In this document: piece after piece, positions 24,304 through 34,542 of the stretch
Layout: every line of letters begins with the position of its first letter
Numbering within the stretch: the first letter of the stretch is position 1
Assembly: GCA_040386535.1 (NCBI GenBank)
Contig: JAZKFH010000005.1
Span: 6,058 to 70,057, forward strand
Direction: 5' to 3'
Length of the DNA stretch: 64,000 nucleotides
Source of the DNA: Myxococcota bacterium
GTDB taxonomy: Bacteria > Myxococcota_A > UBA796 > SXON01
Made by a program: the position numbers and the translations under genes
The notes under the pieces: model-generated
The model's database searches: none
What the model saw: only the letters and a program-made list of their open reading frames with translations
Told to the model about the DNA's origin: nothing

Positions 24304-25263
24304 ATGGGCACCACCAAGAGCACCCCGAGCCAGATCCCCATGCCGCGCCCCGACCCGAGAAAGGAGGAGCGCGCGCCGAACGTCTTCTTCGACCCGGAGA
24401 TCCGGCCCTCCCTGATGGGCATGCAGAACTCCGGCGGCGGCGGAAACTCGATGGTCCGCGACTGGGTGTCCAAGCAGCACGAGGGCACGTACGACCGGCA
24501 ATACGGCACCCAGGACCAGGGCGAGAACTACAACGTCTCGCGCGGGCAGCTCACGTTCGACGCGGAGGGCACCGAGGGCGGTCGTTACCACTCGCGCACC
24601 GCGCACCGCCCGCCCGGCGCCTCGGGCGTCACCGTCGGCCGCGGGTACGACGTGGGGCAGCACTCGCACGCCAAGACCGTCGCCGACTTCGTCGCCGCGG
24701 GGATCGCCCCCGAGCAGGCCGAGGCCTACGCCCTCGCGGCCGGCAAGACCGGCGACACCGCCGCCACCTGGCTGGAGAACAACAAGGACACCCTCGCCGA
24801 GATCAGCCCCGAGCAGCAGAAGACCCTGTTCCAGAGCACCTACGGCGAGATGGCGAACGACGTGCAGCGCATCTCCGACGGTGCGAGCACCCAGGCGGCC
24901 TACGGCGATGTCGACCTGAAGACCGCCGACCCCACCGTGCGCGACACCCTGGTCGACCTGCGCTACCGCGGCGACTACACACCCAACTCGCGCAAGAAGG
25001 TCCAGGGCCTCGCCGCCGACAACGACGTCGCGGGCCTCGCCGCGCTGATGAACGACAAGGACCAGTGGGCGAACGTGCCCGCCGACCGCTTCGCACGGCG
25101 CGCGGCCTACGCGACCCAGGGCGCGGAGGAGGTGCAGGCCCAGAGCAACCTCCTGTACACGTTCGCGGCGCCGTTCGACCAGGTCGGGAACCCCAACCTC
25201 GGGCTGGACGGGCGGCCGGTGGTGGAGGCGGGGGAAGAGCAAGGAGAGGAGCAGACGCCGTAA
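24304..25263 (+). CDS. Pesticin C-terminal-like muramidase (phage-lysozyme fold)
   Basis: QLTFDAEG...SGVTVGRGYDVG...LVDLRYRGDY; no signal peptide. Confidence 0.75.
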   Translation: MGTTKSTPSQIPMPRPDPRKEERAPNVFFDPEIRPSLMGMQNSGGGGNSMVRDWVSKQHEGTYDRQYGTQDQGENYNVSRGQLTFDAEGTEGGRYHSRTAHRPPGASGVTVGRGYDVGQHSHAKTVADFVAAGIAPEQAEAYALAAGKTGDTAATWLENNKDTLAEISPEQQKTLFQSTYGEMANDVQRISDGASTQAAYGDVDLKTADPTVRDTLVDLRYRGDYTPNSRKKVQGLAADNDVAGLAALMNDKDQWANVPADRFARRAAYATQGAEEVQAQSNLLYTFAAPFDQVGNPNLGLDGRPVVEAGEEQGEEQTP

Positions 25264-25308
25264 CGGCGGGCGCCCGCGTGCCTACTCCGTAGGAGTGGGC
25301 CTCCTCCG

Positions 25309-27090
25309 GTGATCGTCGTCATCAGCGACCTGCACTTGCAGCACACCGCGGCGGATCCGGTGCGCCACCGCGAGGGTGACCGTGTCTGGGAGACCGGCGT
25401 GCGGCGCAACCTCACCGCGGCCGCGGTCGCGCTGCTGTTCGACGAGATCGCGGACTCGGCGACCCGCTGCGGCAGCCGCGTCGTGCAGCTCGTGCTCGCG
25501 GGCGACATCTTCGAGTGCCACCGCACGCCGCTCTGGTTCGCGGGCGAGGGCGCCACGTTGCGGCCCACCGACGATCCCGGCGCGGAGGGCTCACCGCTCT
25601 GCGCGAAGACCCACCGGGTGCTCGACGCCGTCGAGGCCGAGACCCACCCCTTCCTCGCCGCGTTGCGGGCCCACGTGACCGCGACCGGGGCGGCGGGCGT
25701 CCCCGTGGTGCTCTCCTACCTCCCCGGGAACCACGACCGGCTCGTGAACCTGTGGCCGTCCACACGCGCGCGCGTCCGGTCGCTCCTCGGGCTCCCCGCG
25801 TCCGACCGGCCGTTCCCCCACGTCCTCGACCTGCCGCACTCCGCGGGGGGCACCGGGGTCCGCGTGCGCCACGGCCACGAGTTCGACCCGCCCAACATCG
25901 CGCTCCGGGACGGGCGGCCGGACTACGCGGCGCCGAGCCTCGGGGACTACGTCACCATCGACATCGCGGGGCGGCTCGCGACCGCCTTCCGGGTGCGGTA
26001 CGCACGGGAGCTGCGCGCCCAAGGGGGCCCGGGGGACGCCTTGCGTGCCCTCTACATGGCCCTGACGGAGTTCGACGACGTGCGCCCGCCGTCGCTGCTC
26101 GTCCCCTACCTCGCGGAGCGCGCGAAGGCCGAGCGCCCCGAGGTCGCGCGGCTGCTGCGGCCGGTGCTCACCGAGGTGTACGACACCGCCGCCGGGGATC
26201 GCTGGTTGCGCCATGCGACGCGCGGCACGCTCGCTGGCGTTCTGCTCTCGTGGCCCCTCTCCTTGCTCGCGCGCCTCGTCCTCACGCACACGCCCGACCG
26301 CGTGATGGCCGCCGTGATCCGCGTGCTGGCGCGGTTCGACGCCCGCCACGTCAACCCCGCGCTCATGGCGGGGGCCGAGCGCGAGCCGGGGCTCGGCGTC
26401 GACTTCGACGTGGTCGTGACCGGCCACACCCACGAGCCCGAGCTGCTCCCCCTCCGCGCGCCCCCCGGCGTCGAGGCGTGGTTCGTGAACGCCGGGACGT
26501 GGCGCTCGCGGGTGCGCGCGAGCCACCAGGCGTGGGGCCTCCTGCGCGCCTGCACGATGGTGTTCTGTTACGACGCGGACGAGGCCGCGCGGTCGCGAGA
26601 CGGCCGACGGGTGGAGATGTGGTCGGGGTTCCGGACGGCCACGCGCATCGGCGGCTACCGCGACCTCGTCGAGCTCGCGGACCACGGGCCGGTCCGCCAG
26701 CTCGTGCTCGTGGCGGCCGAGGTGCCGCCGGGGGGCGCCCTCGCCCGCGGTCGCCTCGAGATCGGCGTGGACGGCGCCTCCGTCGTGCGCGAGGGGGTCA
26801 CGCTGCGGGAGGGCGCGCGGATCGACCTCGGCGGCGCCACGCTCCCGCTCGATCCCGACCTGGACGGGGAGGTGTGGGTGCGGCTCGTCCCCAAGGGCGC
26901 GGGCCGAGAGCTCTGGGGCGTGGACTACCTGCCGCGGGTCCCGGGGGAGCGCGCCTTCGTCGTCGGGCCCCGCGCCGTGCCCGCCGTCGGCCAGGACGCC
27001 GGTGGAAACCGTAGGATCCGCCTGCTGATCCGGGCCGAGGTCGTGCAGGCGCCGCCTCCGAGCTACGAGACGCCCCGAGGTGACCGTTGA
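25309..27090 (+). CDS. Calcineurin-like metallophosphoesterase with C-terminal extension
   Basis: ISDLH, AGDIF, PGNHD, HGH, TGHTH motifs. Confidence 0.8.
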   Translation: MIVVISDLHLQHTAADPVRHREGDRVWETGVRRNLTAAAVALLFDEIADSATRCGSRVVQLVLAGDIFECHRTPLWFAGEGATLRPTDDPGAEGSPLCAKTHRVLDAVEAETHPFLAALRAHVTATGAAGVPVVLSYLPGNHDRLVNLWPSTRARVRSLLGLPASDRPFPHVLDLPHSAGGTGVRVRHGHEFDPPNIALRDGRPDYAAPSLGDYVTIDIAGRLATAFRVRYARELRAQGGPGDALRALYMALTEFDDVRPPSLLVPYLAERAKAERPEVARLLRPVLTEVYDTAAGDRWLRHATRGTLAGVLLSWPLSLLARLVLTHTPDRVMAAVIRVLARFDARHVNPALMAGAEREPGLGVDFDVVVTGHTHEPELLPLRAPPGVEAWFVNAGTWRSRVRASHQAWGLLRACTMVFCYDADEAARSRDGRRVEMWSGFRTATRIGGYRDLVELADHGPVRQLVLVAAEVPPGGALARGRLEIGVDGASVVREGVTLREGARIDLGGATLPLDPDLDGEVWVRLVPKGAGRELWGVDYLPRVPGERAFVVGPRAVPAVGQDAGGNRRIRLLIRAEVVQAPPPSYETPRGDR

Positions 27091-27566
27091 GCTTCCCGGC
27101 TCGCCCGTTCTCCACGGGGATGAAGATCTCCACGACGTTCGTGTCGCTCGTGCCCGTCGCGCTCGTCGTGATCGGCATCACGTTTCCCCACGCCAGCGTG
27201 GGGATGTTGATCGGGGCGATCGTGCTGGCGCCGATCTTCTGGTGGGCCATGCGGCAGAGCCCGATCGCCTATGACATCGGCAACCGGCGGCTCGTCGTGC
27301 ACGGGCGGCTCAACGGGGTCCACACCTTCGTGCTCAACGGCACCGTCCGCTACCCGGCGCCGCCGCCACGGATGCGCCTGTTCGGCTCGTCGGGCTTCTT
27401 CGGCCACACGGGGTGGTTCCTCGACGCGGAGGGCACGATGGTGCGGGCGTTCGTGTCGCGCGCGGAGGACCTCGTCGTCGTCGGCACCGACCGCGGGCCG
27501 GTCGTCGTCTCGCCCGCCGACCCCGGCGCGTTCGCCGAGGCCGTGCGGGGCGGGACCGTGCGCTGA
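27087..27566 (+). CDS. Membrane protein with bacterial PH-like domain
   Basis: Two TM helices followed by RLFGSSGFFGHTGWF...VVVSPADPGAF (bPH_5-like). Confidence 0.7.
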   Translation: MSFPARPFSTGMKISTTFVSLVPVALVVIGITFPHASVGMLIGAIVLAPIFWWAMRQSPIAYDIGNRRLVVHGRLNGVHTFVLNGTVRYPAPPPRMRLFGSSGFFGHTGWFLDAEGTMVRAFVSRAEDLVVVGTDRGPVVVSPADPGAFAEAVRGGTVR

Positions 27567-27570
27567 CCGT

Positions 27571-28125
27571 TCACCCGCGGAACCCCGCGATCCCCTCCCC
27601 CCGCGCGTCACGCTCTGACAGGATCGGCGCCACGCCCGGCGCGAGCGGCCACTGGATCCCGACGGTCGGGTCGTCCCATGCCAGCACGCGCTCGTCCCCG
27701 GGGACATAGGGCGCATCGACCTTGTAGGACACGATCGACCGCGCCGAGAGGGTGAGGAACCCGTGCGCGAAGCCGGCGGGGATCCAGAGCGCCTCGGGAC
27801 GGGCGTCGGTCAGGGTGAGCCCGACCCACCGCCCGAACGTGGGCGAGCCGGGGCGCAGGTCGACCGCCACGTCGTACACACTTCCCACCACCACCCGAAC
27901 GAGCTTGCCTTGCGCCGATGGGCGCTGGAGGTGCAGGCCCCGGAGCACGCCGCGCTCGGACGCCGACTCGTTGTCCTGGACGAACGTGGCCGGGATCCCC
28001 GCCACCGCCGACAGCCGCGGGCTCCAGGTCTCCATGAAGCTGCCGCGCTCGTCGTCGTGACGCGTGAGGGTCAGCCGGACGACGTCGGGGAGCGCGAGCC
28101 GCTCGTGGCTACTCGTCGCCGTCAT
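27571..28125 (-). CDS. rfbC: dTDP-4-dehydrorhamnose 3,5-epimerase
   Basis: DERGSFMETW, FVQDNES, GVLRGLH, QGKLVRV, DVAVDLR, GFAHGF. Confidence 0.95.
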   Translation of the reverse strand: MTATSSHERLALPDVVRLTLTRHDDERGSFMETWSPRLSAVAGIPATFVQDNESASERGVLRGLHLQRPSAQGKLVRVVVGSVYDVAVDLRPGSPTFGRWVGLTLTDARPEALWIPAGFAHGFLTLSARSIVSYKVDAPYVPGDERVLAWDDPTVGIQWPLAPGVAPILSERDARGEGIAGFRG

Positions 28126-29635
28126 CCCCGCCGCTGCGCCCCCGAACGGCGAGGCCGTACCGACGCACCAGGCGGGTGAGCACGTGGCGGCTGGACAGCC
28201 CGAGCTCGCGCCACACCGGCTCCTGGCGGCCCTCGTGGCGCTCCAGGCACTCGCGGATGACCTCGATCGGGATGGTCATCGGATCGACGCCCGAGGGCGA
28301 CGCCGTCGTGTCGTCCGAGGGCGAGGCCCCCTCCGCGCTCCCGGGAGCCGGCGCCGCCACGGGCGCGGGGGGGAAGCCCTCCCACACGTCCAGCCACTCG
28401 CCGCGCCCCTCGGACATGGCCTGCCAGAGCAGCCCCTCGAGCTCGCGAACGTGCGTGGTGTACCGACGCTGGACCAGCGCCCCGAGCAGCGCCGGGGTGA
28501 TGCGGGGCTCCTTCGAGGCGTCGCCGTCGGGAAAGTAGCGGAGGGCCAGCTCGCGGTCGTTCGTCGCGATGCGGCGCAGCACGTGGCGCGCGACGAGGGG
28601 GATGTCCTCGCGCCGTTCGTTCAGGTCGGGCACCTCGACCCGGATGCGGAGGCGCGCGAGCACGTCCTCCTTCAGGTAGCTGTCGGGGCGGTTGGTCGCG
28701 GCGATGAGCCGGAAGTCGGCGCGGCGGGGGCGCGACTCGCCCAGGCGCTGGAACTCGCCGCTGTCGAGCACGCGCAGCAGGTGGGCCTGCATGGCGGACG
28801 GGAGCTCGCCGAACTCGTCCAGGAACAGGGTCGAGCCGTCAGCCTCCCCGATGATGCCGGGGCGCTCGGCCATGCCGGGGTTGGGGTAGTTCTTGGCGTT
28901 GCCGAACAGCTCGGCGTCGATCAGCGACTCCGGGAACGTGGCGGCGTTGCGGGAGACCATCGGGCGCCGCCCGCGGGAGGACAACGCGTGGATCGCCTGG
29001 GCGACCAGCTCCTTGCCGGTGCCGCTCGCGCCGCGCACCATCACGTGGGCGGTGCGGGGCGCGACGAAGTGCACCCGCTCGCGCAGCTCCCACGCGGCGG
29101 CGCTCTCGCCCACGATGCCGTGGGAATCGGACTGCCCGAAGGGGTGGAGCGGGGGCGGGTTGCTCACCGGCGCGAACGCGGGGAGCGACAGGGGGCGGTT
29201 CGCGCAGAGCAGCAGCACCTGTTGGCGCAGCTCGAGGATGTCCCCCGGCTGGACCTGGCACTCGGTGGTCAACACGCCGTTGTGCAGGAGCGGGCACCGC
29301 CCGACGTTGACGACGCGCAGCACGTCGTTGCTGGCGGCCTCGATGCGGAGCTGATCGCGGGAGATGCGCGGCGAGCGGAGCGCGCCCGTGGGGGTCACGC
29401 GGCCCGGCCGCTGGCGAATCCACTCGGCGCGCGGCAACGGGTCCTCCGGAGAGGCCTCCGCGCGCCCCACGAGGACCGCCACCCCGGGGTGCCCGCCGGG
29501 GACCAACGCCACCTCGCCCACCCGCTCCGGCTCGTCGCGGCTCCAGAGGAGCACGAACGCGGTCACGGTGCGTGTGGGATCGAGCTGGGCGATCCCGAGC
29601 CCGGTCCCGATGCTGACGGTGAGCGTTTCCTTCAT
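28109..29635 (-). CDS. FHA-like + sigma54-activator-type AAA+ + HTH regulator lacking GAFTGA
   Basis: VGR/ISR FHA-like N-terminus; [38 protein letters not shown]-terminal Fis-like HTH. Confidence 0.9.
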   Translation of the reverse strand: MKETLTVSIGTGLGIAQLDPTRTVTAFVLLWSRDEPERVGEVALVPGGHPGVAVLVGRAEASPEDPLPRAEWIRQRPGRVTPTGALRSPRISRDQLRIEAASNDVLRVVNVGRCPLLHNGVLTTECQVQPGDILELRQQVLLLCANRPLSLPAFAPVSNPPPLHPFGQSDSHGIVGESAAAWELRERVHFVAPRTAHVMVRGASGTGKELVAQAIHALSSRGRRPMVSRNAATFPESLIDAELFGNAKNYPNPGMAERPGIIGEADGSTLFLDEFGELPSAMQAHLLRVLDSGEFQRLGESRPRRADFRLIAATNRPDSYLKEDVLARLRIRVEVPDLNERREDIPLVARHVLRRIATNDRELALRYFPDGDASKEPRITPALLGALVQRRYTTHVRELEGLLWQAMSEGRGEWLDVWEGFPPAPVAAPAPGSAEGASPSDDTTASPSGVDPMTIPIEVIRECLERHEGRQEPVWRELGLSSRHVLTRLVRRYGLAVRGRSGGDDGDE

Positions 29636-29668
29636 GGCGCGGATTCTAAGGTTGCTCTGCCCGCTCCG

Positions 29669-32600
29669 CTACGTTCCGGGCACGTACAGCCGGGCCATCC
29701 GGTCCGGATTCTGGATCCCCTGCTCCACGAGCCACGCGCGCGGCGCCCGATCCGACTGGCCACCCCACTCCGCCGCCCGCAACCGCGCCGCCATCGCGTG
29801 CAGCCGCATGTCGACCGCGTCCAGCCGCTCGGCGGCGCGGGCGAGGGAGGCCGCCGCGTCGGGGCGGCCCATGGCGCGCGCGCGGGCGGCCTCGAGGAGC
29901 GAGGCGAGCGCCGAGGCCCACGCGACGTCCTCGTGGCGGAGAGCGCGGATCTCGGCGTCGACGATGACGAGCAGCTCGACCCGGCGCGGATCGGCGGCCG
30001 GCAGGGAGGCCACCACCGCGAGGGCGCAGCGGCCGCGCAGGTAGGCGCACTCCACCCGGGAGACCTGCACGCGCAACAACATCGTCTTGACGATCATCGG
30101 CCAGGTGCGCGCGACGCGGTTCCACGCCTCGGCGGGGCGGTCCTCGTACAGGTCGACCTCGGCGGTCGCCAGCAGGTGCACCACGTGCTGAAAATGGAAC
30201 CCGACGCCGGACACCACGCCGAGGAGCGCGTCGAGCTCCCCGATCACGCCCTCGGGCGCGTCGTCACACAGCTGCATCAGGTGGTGCGCCCGCATCCGGA
30301 CGTGGAGGCTGATGAGCACGTCGCCACGGCTCTCGGCGTCCCGCGCGATCGTGCGGGTCAGCGGGCCGATCCTGCGGACGTCTCCGAGGCACGTGAGCAC
30401 CCGGGTGTAGAAGCGGTTGAGGTTGTCGCGCTCCCAGGTGTTCCCCGCGCAGCGGGTCCGGAACTCCTCGTCGGCCCGCTCGATGAGCGCCCGCGCCTCG
30501 ACGAACTGGCCCGACAGGAACGCGGCGATGCCCCGATTGAGGAGCGAGCCCGCGGCGGTGCGCGGGTCGTCGAGCTCGGCGGCGAGGGCCTGCGACTCGC
30601 CGGAGAGGCGGAAGGTGCGCGCCTGGTTGCGGCTGCCGCCGACGGCGCTGTGGAGCAGCTCCATCGACACGGCGCGGGCCATGCGGAACGGGTCGCCCGC
30701 GCGGAGCGCGAGCATGAGGCTGCGCGCGTGGAAGTCCGCGGACCGGACCTGGTCGAAGGTGGCGAGGCCCACCGCGGCGGACCACAACGTGTCGATACGG
30801 GCGAGCACGTGCGGCTCGATCTCGTGGGTCGCGCGCCGCCGGAACGAGCGCCCGCGCAGGCGGAGGAACGCCCGCCGCCACACGATGGAGGCCACCGAAC
30901 GCCAGGGGCTCTCCGGCCACGAGAAGCCGGCGCGGGCGAGGGCGTCCCGCAGCACGCCCATGCCCTCGTTCACGTGGCCCTGGAGGAGCAGGTTGAGCGA
31001 GGCCTCGGCGCGGAGCTGCTGGGCCTGGTCGGGCGGGGCGAGCGGCGCCGCGGCGAGCTGCACGCGGGCGGACTCGGCGCCCCGACCCGAGGCAGCCAGC
31101 GCCTTGGCCAGCAGGTGCCGTGTGTCGAGGCCGGGCGCGCCGCGCGCCAGCGCGTCGTTGTAGTGGCGGACGGCGCGATCGAAGGCCAGGGCCGCCACCG
31201 CGGCGTTCCCCGCGCGTACACACCAGGGCGCGGCGCGCGCGGCCTCTCCGGCGGCCAAAAGGTGCGCGGCGAGCGCCTCCGCGTCGGGCTCCACCTCTTC
31301 CTCCAGCACCTCGGCGAGGCGGAGGTGTCGCGTCCGGAGCGCCGCCGGATCCTGCCCGGCGACCACCGACTCGCGGACCCGGTCGTGCCAGGTCTCCACC
31401 TCGTCCTCGGTGCCGCCGGGGCGCACGAGGTGGGCGCTCACGAGCGCCTCGAGGATCGCGGCGTCCGAGGAGCCGTCGTGGCCCGGCCCGGCCCCGGCGT
31501 GGAGCCCGGCCGCGCGCCATGCGAGCGCCCGCGCGATCGGGCGCCCCGCGACCGCCACCGTCAGGAGCAGCCGGCGCGCGGGCTCGGAGAGCTCGGCCAC
31601 GCGCTCGCGGATCACCGCGTCGAGCGAGACGCCCGGCCCGACCGCCTGCGCGCGGCGCGCGAGCTGATCGACGAAGTACGGGTTGCCCTTGGCCTCGGCG
31701 ACGATGCGCTCGGCCGCGCCCTCGCCCGGCGCCAACGCGCTGGCCAGGGTGTGCGCCTCCTCCGCGGAGAGCTCGTCCACGTGGACGAACCCGATGTCGA
31801 GTGGATCGTGCTCGTCGCGCGCGAGCTCGAGCATGCGGGACAGGAGCGGGCTGCGCGAGAGGTCCTCGCGCCGGCAGGCGAGCAGGAGCAGCACCGCCGG
31901 CCCGTCGGGTGGACGGAGCACCTCGGCCAGGAGCGCGGCGGCGTCGGCGTCGCTCCACTGGACATCGTCGATGAAGAGCACCAGCGGCCAGCGGTCACCC
32001 ATGCGGGCGAGCAGGTCACGCAGGGCCCCGAACGCGCGGCGCCGCTGCTCCGCGGAGTCGGCCACGTCGGCCTCGCGGCGGGAGGCGAGCCGCTCGACGC
32101 CGCCGAGCACCGGGAACAGCCGCACGAGGGAGCCGGCGTGCCGCGGGATCACGGCCTCCTGCACGTCGGCGGGCTGGGCGCGGAGGAAGCGGGCGAGGGA
32201 GTCGACGAGGCTGTCGAGGCCCTTGAACCGCACCGCCTCGCGCTCGTAGCAGCGCCCGGCCAGCGTCACGACCGACGGGTCCGCGAGGGTCAGCTCACGC
32301 AGGAAGTTGCGGACGAGCACCGACTTGCCGATGCCGGAGGGCCCGTCCACGATGCGCACCACCGCCTGGTCCCGCGCGGACGCGAAGGCGGCGGCGAGCG
32401 ATGCGAGCTGCCGGTCGCGCCCGACGAACGGCACCTTGGGGCCGGACACCGGGGCGGTCTCCGGGAGGGCGCCGAGGCGGAGGAGCACCTCGGCCCCGGA
32501 CGGGCGGAGCGCGGGATCGACCTCGAGCAGCGCGTCGCACAGCTCGACCAGATCCCGCGGCAGGCCAGGGATGTGCTCCCCCGGCGAGGCCGGCCGGGCC

Positions 32601-33388
32601 TGGGTCTTCTGCGTGAGCATCTCGAACCGCGCGCCGCTGAACGGGCGCAAGCCGGTGAGCGCCTCGTAGAGGATCACGCCCACGCTGTACCAGTCGGCCG
32701 CGGCGGTCAGCGGCTGGTCGGTGACGTGCTCCGGCGCCATGTAGAGCGGCGTGCCGCCCATCACGCGCGACTGATCCTCGGCCGCGAGATCGGTGACGAG
32801 GCTGAAATCGAGGAGCACCACCCGGCCCTCGAGCGTGACGAGCACGTTGGTCGGCTTGATGTCGCGATGCATCGTGCCGGTCGCGTGGAGCGCGCTCACG
32901 CCCTCCGCGAGCTGACGGAACGCGCTGCGCACCCGCCCCTCGTCGAACGGCGGGCGGGCCCCCCCGAACAAGCCCGGCGCGAGCGGCGGCGTCGGCACCA
33001 GTCCGACCGCGGGCACCAGCGACTCCTCGTCCCCCGTGAAGCTGCCGATCGTCGCGTCCGCGCGCGCGTTCGGAATGCCCGCGCGCACCCAGTCGAGGAA
33101 GTTGACCCCCTCCACCAGCTCCATGGTCAGGAACCAGTCGTCCCCCTCGGCGCAGAGGTCGTGCAGCCGCACGAGGTTCGGGTGCTGCACGTGCACCACC
33201 GAGCGGAACTCGGTCTTGAAGCGGTAGAGCGCGTGCGGGGTGGTGCGGTGCAGCTTCTTGAGCGCGACGGGCTGCCCGCGCACGCGGTCGAACGCCCGGT
33301 AGACCACGCCGTAGCTGCCCTGGCCCAACACCGGGCCGAGCGTGTAGCGCTCGGTGAGCGAGCCTTCGTGGGGGCTGGACGGATCCAT
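29669..33388 (-). CDS. Hanks-type Ser/Thr kinase fused to AAA (STAND-like) ATPase and helical repeats
   Basis: GQGSYG, VALKK, HRDIKPTN, DFS, GTPLYMAPE; FVGRD, GPSGIGKS, LFIDDVQW, GNPYF; start trimmed to ATG 33388. Confidence 0.92.
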   Translation of the reverse strand: MDPSSPHEGSLTERYTLGPVLGQGSYGVVYRAFDRVRGQPVALKKLHRTTPHALYRFKTEFRSVVHVQHPNLVRLHDLCAEGDDWFLTMELVEGVNFLDWVRAGIPNARADATIGSFTGDEESLVPAVGLVPTPPLAPGLFGGARPPFDEGRVRSAFRQLAEGVSALHATGTMHRDIKPTNVLVTLEGRVVLLDFSLVTDLAAEDQSRVMGGTPLYMAPEHVTDQPLTAAADWYSVGVILYEALTGLRPFSGARFEMLTQKTQARPASPGEHIPGLPRDLVELCDALLEVDPALRPSGAEVLLRLGALPETAPVSGPKVPFVGRDRQLASLAAAFASARDQAVVRIVDGPSGIGKSVLVRNFLRELTLADPSVVTLAGRCYEREAVRFKGLDSLVDSLARFLRAQPADVQEAVIPRHAGSLVRLFPVLGGVERLASRREADVADSAEQRRRAFGALRDLLARMGDRWPLVLFIDDVQWSDADAAALLAEVLRPPDGPAVLLLLACRREDLSRSPLLSRMLELARDEHDPLDIGFVHVDELSAEEAHTLASALAPGEGAAERIVAEAKGNPYFVDQLARRAQAVGPGVSLDAVIRERVAELSEPARRLLLTVAVAGRPIARALAWRAAGLHAGAGPGHDGSSDAAILEALVSAHLVRPGGTEDEVETWHDRVRESVVAGQDPAALRTRHLRLAEVLEEEVEPDAEALAAHLLAAGEAARAAPWCVRAGNAAVAALAFDRAVRHYNDALARGAPGLDTRHLLAKALAASGRGAESARVQLAAAPLAPPDQAQQLRAEASLNLLLQGHVNEGMGVLRDALARAGFSWPESPWRSVASIVWRRAFLRLRGRSFRRRATHEIEPHVLARIDTLWSAAVGLATFDQVRSADFHARSLMLALRAGDPFRMARAVSMELLHSAVGGSRNQARTFRLSGESQALAAELDDPRTAAGSLLNRGIAAFLSGQFVEARALIERADEEFRTRCAGNTWERDNLNRFYTRVLTCLGDVRRIGPLTRTIARDAESRGDVLISLHVRMRAHHLMQLCDDAPEGVIGELDALLGVVSGVGFHFQHVVHLLATAEVDLYEDRPAEAWNRVARTWPMIVKTMLLRVQVSRVECAYLRGRCALAVVASLPAADPRRVELLVIVDAEIRALRHEDVAWASALASLLEAARARAMGRPDAAASLARAAERLDAVDMRLHAMAARLRAAEWGGQSDRAPRAWLVEQGIQNPDRMARLYVPGT

Positions 33389-33481
33389 CGCGCGTAGGCC
33401 TACCCCGTCCGTGCGCCAACCGCCCAGCACCAGCCACTTGCAGTCCCGACGGATCGGTTAGCCCGAGGTACGAGAGCCACC

Positions 33482-33823
33482 ATGCCCACCACCCGCACGT
33501 TCCGCGACTTCGAAGAATTCTGGCCCTACTACCTGGGCGAACACGCCAGCGCGTTCAACCGGTGGCTCCACTTCGGCGGCACCACCACGGTGATCCTCAC
33601 GGCCGCCGCCGCGGTGTTGACCCTGAACCCCTGGCTCCTGCTGGCCCTGCCGGTCGTCGGCTACGGCCCGGCCTGGGTCGGGCACTTCATCGTCGAGCGC
33701 AATCGGCCCGCGACGTTCCAGCACCCCTTGTGGTCGCTCCGGGGCGACTTCCGGATGTACGGGATGATGTGGCGCGGGCGCCTCCGCCGCGGCACGACTG
33801 TCGAGACCGCGCAGGCGGACTGA
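33482..33823 (+). CDS. DUF962/Mpo1-like membrane protein
   Basis: FEEFWPYYLGEH, NRWLHFGG, AWVGHFIVERNRPATF, WSLRGDFRM. Confidence 0.9.
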   Translation: MPTTRTFRDFEEFWPYYLGEHASAFNRWLHFGGTTTVILTAAAAVLTLNPWLLLALPVVGYGPAWVGHFIVERNRPATFQHPLWSLRGDFRMYGMMWRGRLRRGTTVETAQAD

Positions 33824-33837
33824 GCTACCCGCGCGGC

Positions 33838-34392
33838 CTACCCTCGCTGGCCGCGCGGGATCAGCGCGTCCAGCGTCCGCACCACGTTCTCGAGCTGCAG
33901 GCGTTGGGTCTCGACGTCGGGTGCCACCTCGACGACCGTGTTGTCCACGAGCTGACGGGCCGCGAACAACGCCGCCGGATCGATTCCGATGCGCTCGGCA
34001 TCGACCTCCTCCAGCGCCAGCTGGACGTATCGGAGCTGCTCCCGCGACAGGCCGAAGTTGGATCGCTCCAGCTCGGCCAGCGCCACGTCGGCCGCGATGC
34101 GCGCACGCAACAACGCGTCGAACGAACGCGACGCTTCGAGCTGGTCGCGCATGGCTTGGACCGAGCGGTCGACCTCGAGCGCCTGTGCTGCCCGCCGGGC
34201 GTCCAACGCGGCCATTCGTTCGCGCCCGTCGACATAGACGAAGCCGGCCACGAGCCCGCCGATGACGAGCCCGGCGAGGAGGCCCAACGCTCCGTCGCGG
34301 AGTCGTGACCACCTTCCGGGTGCACGCCCTCCAGGTGGACGCCCTCCGGGTGGACCACTGCCGGGTGGATGGCTCTCTGTTGTCTCGGGCAC
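33838..34392 (-). CDS. Single-pass membrane coiled-coil protein
   Basis: Start GTG 34392 after GGAGG; PPGGR repeats, one TM, helical remainder. Confidence 0.65.
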   Translation of the reverse strand: MPETTESHPPGSGPPGGRPPGGRAPGRWSRLRDGALGLLAGLVIGGLVAGFVYVDGRERMAALDARRAAQALEVDRSVQAMRDQLEASRSFDALLRARIAADVALAELERSNFGLSREQLRYVQLALEEVDAERIGIDPAALFAARQLVDNTVVEVAPDVETQRLQLENVVRTLDALIPRGQRG

Positions 34393-34542
34393 GGCGCCTC
34401 CCCTACGGAAGCATGTCCGCATGACACGGTCGGTCAAGCGCGGGCCGCTCCCGCCCCTTCGCCAAGGCGCACGCACGAACGGCGCCGGGCTCACAGGGAG
34501 ACCGGCGCCGTTCGATTGGGTCGTTCGTAGGGTTCCGAACGA

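Noticed and set aside
22612..25242. Apparent N-terminal extensions or fusions in track ORFs (also 6976-9882, 39839-43099, 42208-43875, 47565-49646, 62866-63957)
   Set aside because: Extensions overlap other real genes; internal starts with family-typical N-termini fit better.
27571..28125. Isolated rfbC as a sign of a polysaccharide cluster
   Set aside because: No other rml or glycosyltransferase genes nearby.
28064..33397. 1777-aa plus-strand ORF, and similar giants at 11081-14548, 20029-24255, 36768-39536 and 59021-62839
   Set aside because: Antisense shadows of motif-bearing genes; stop codons are rare in high-GC DNA.
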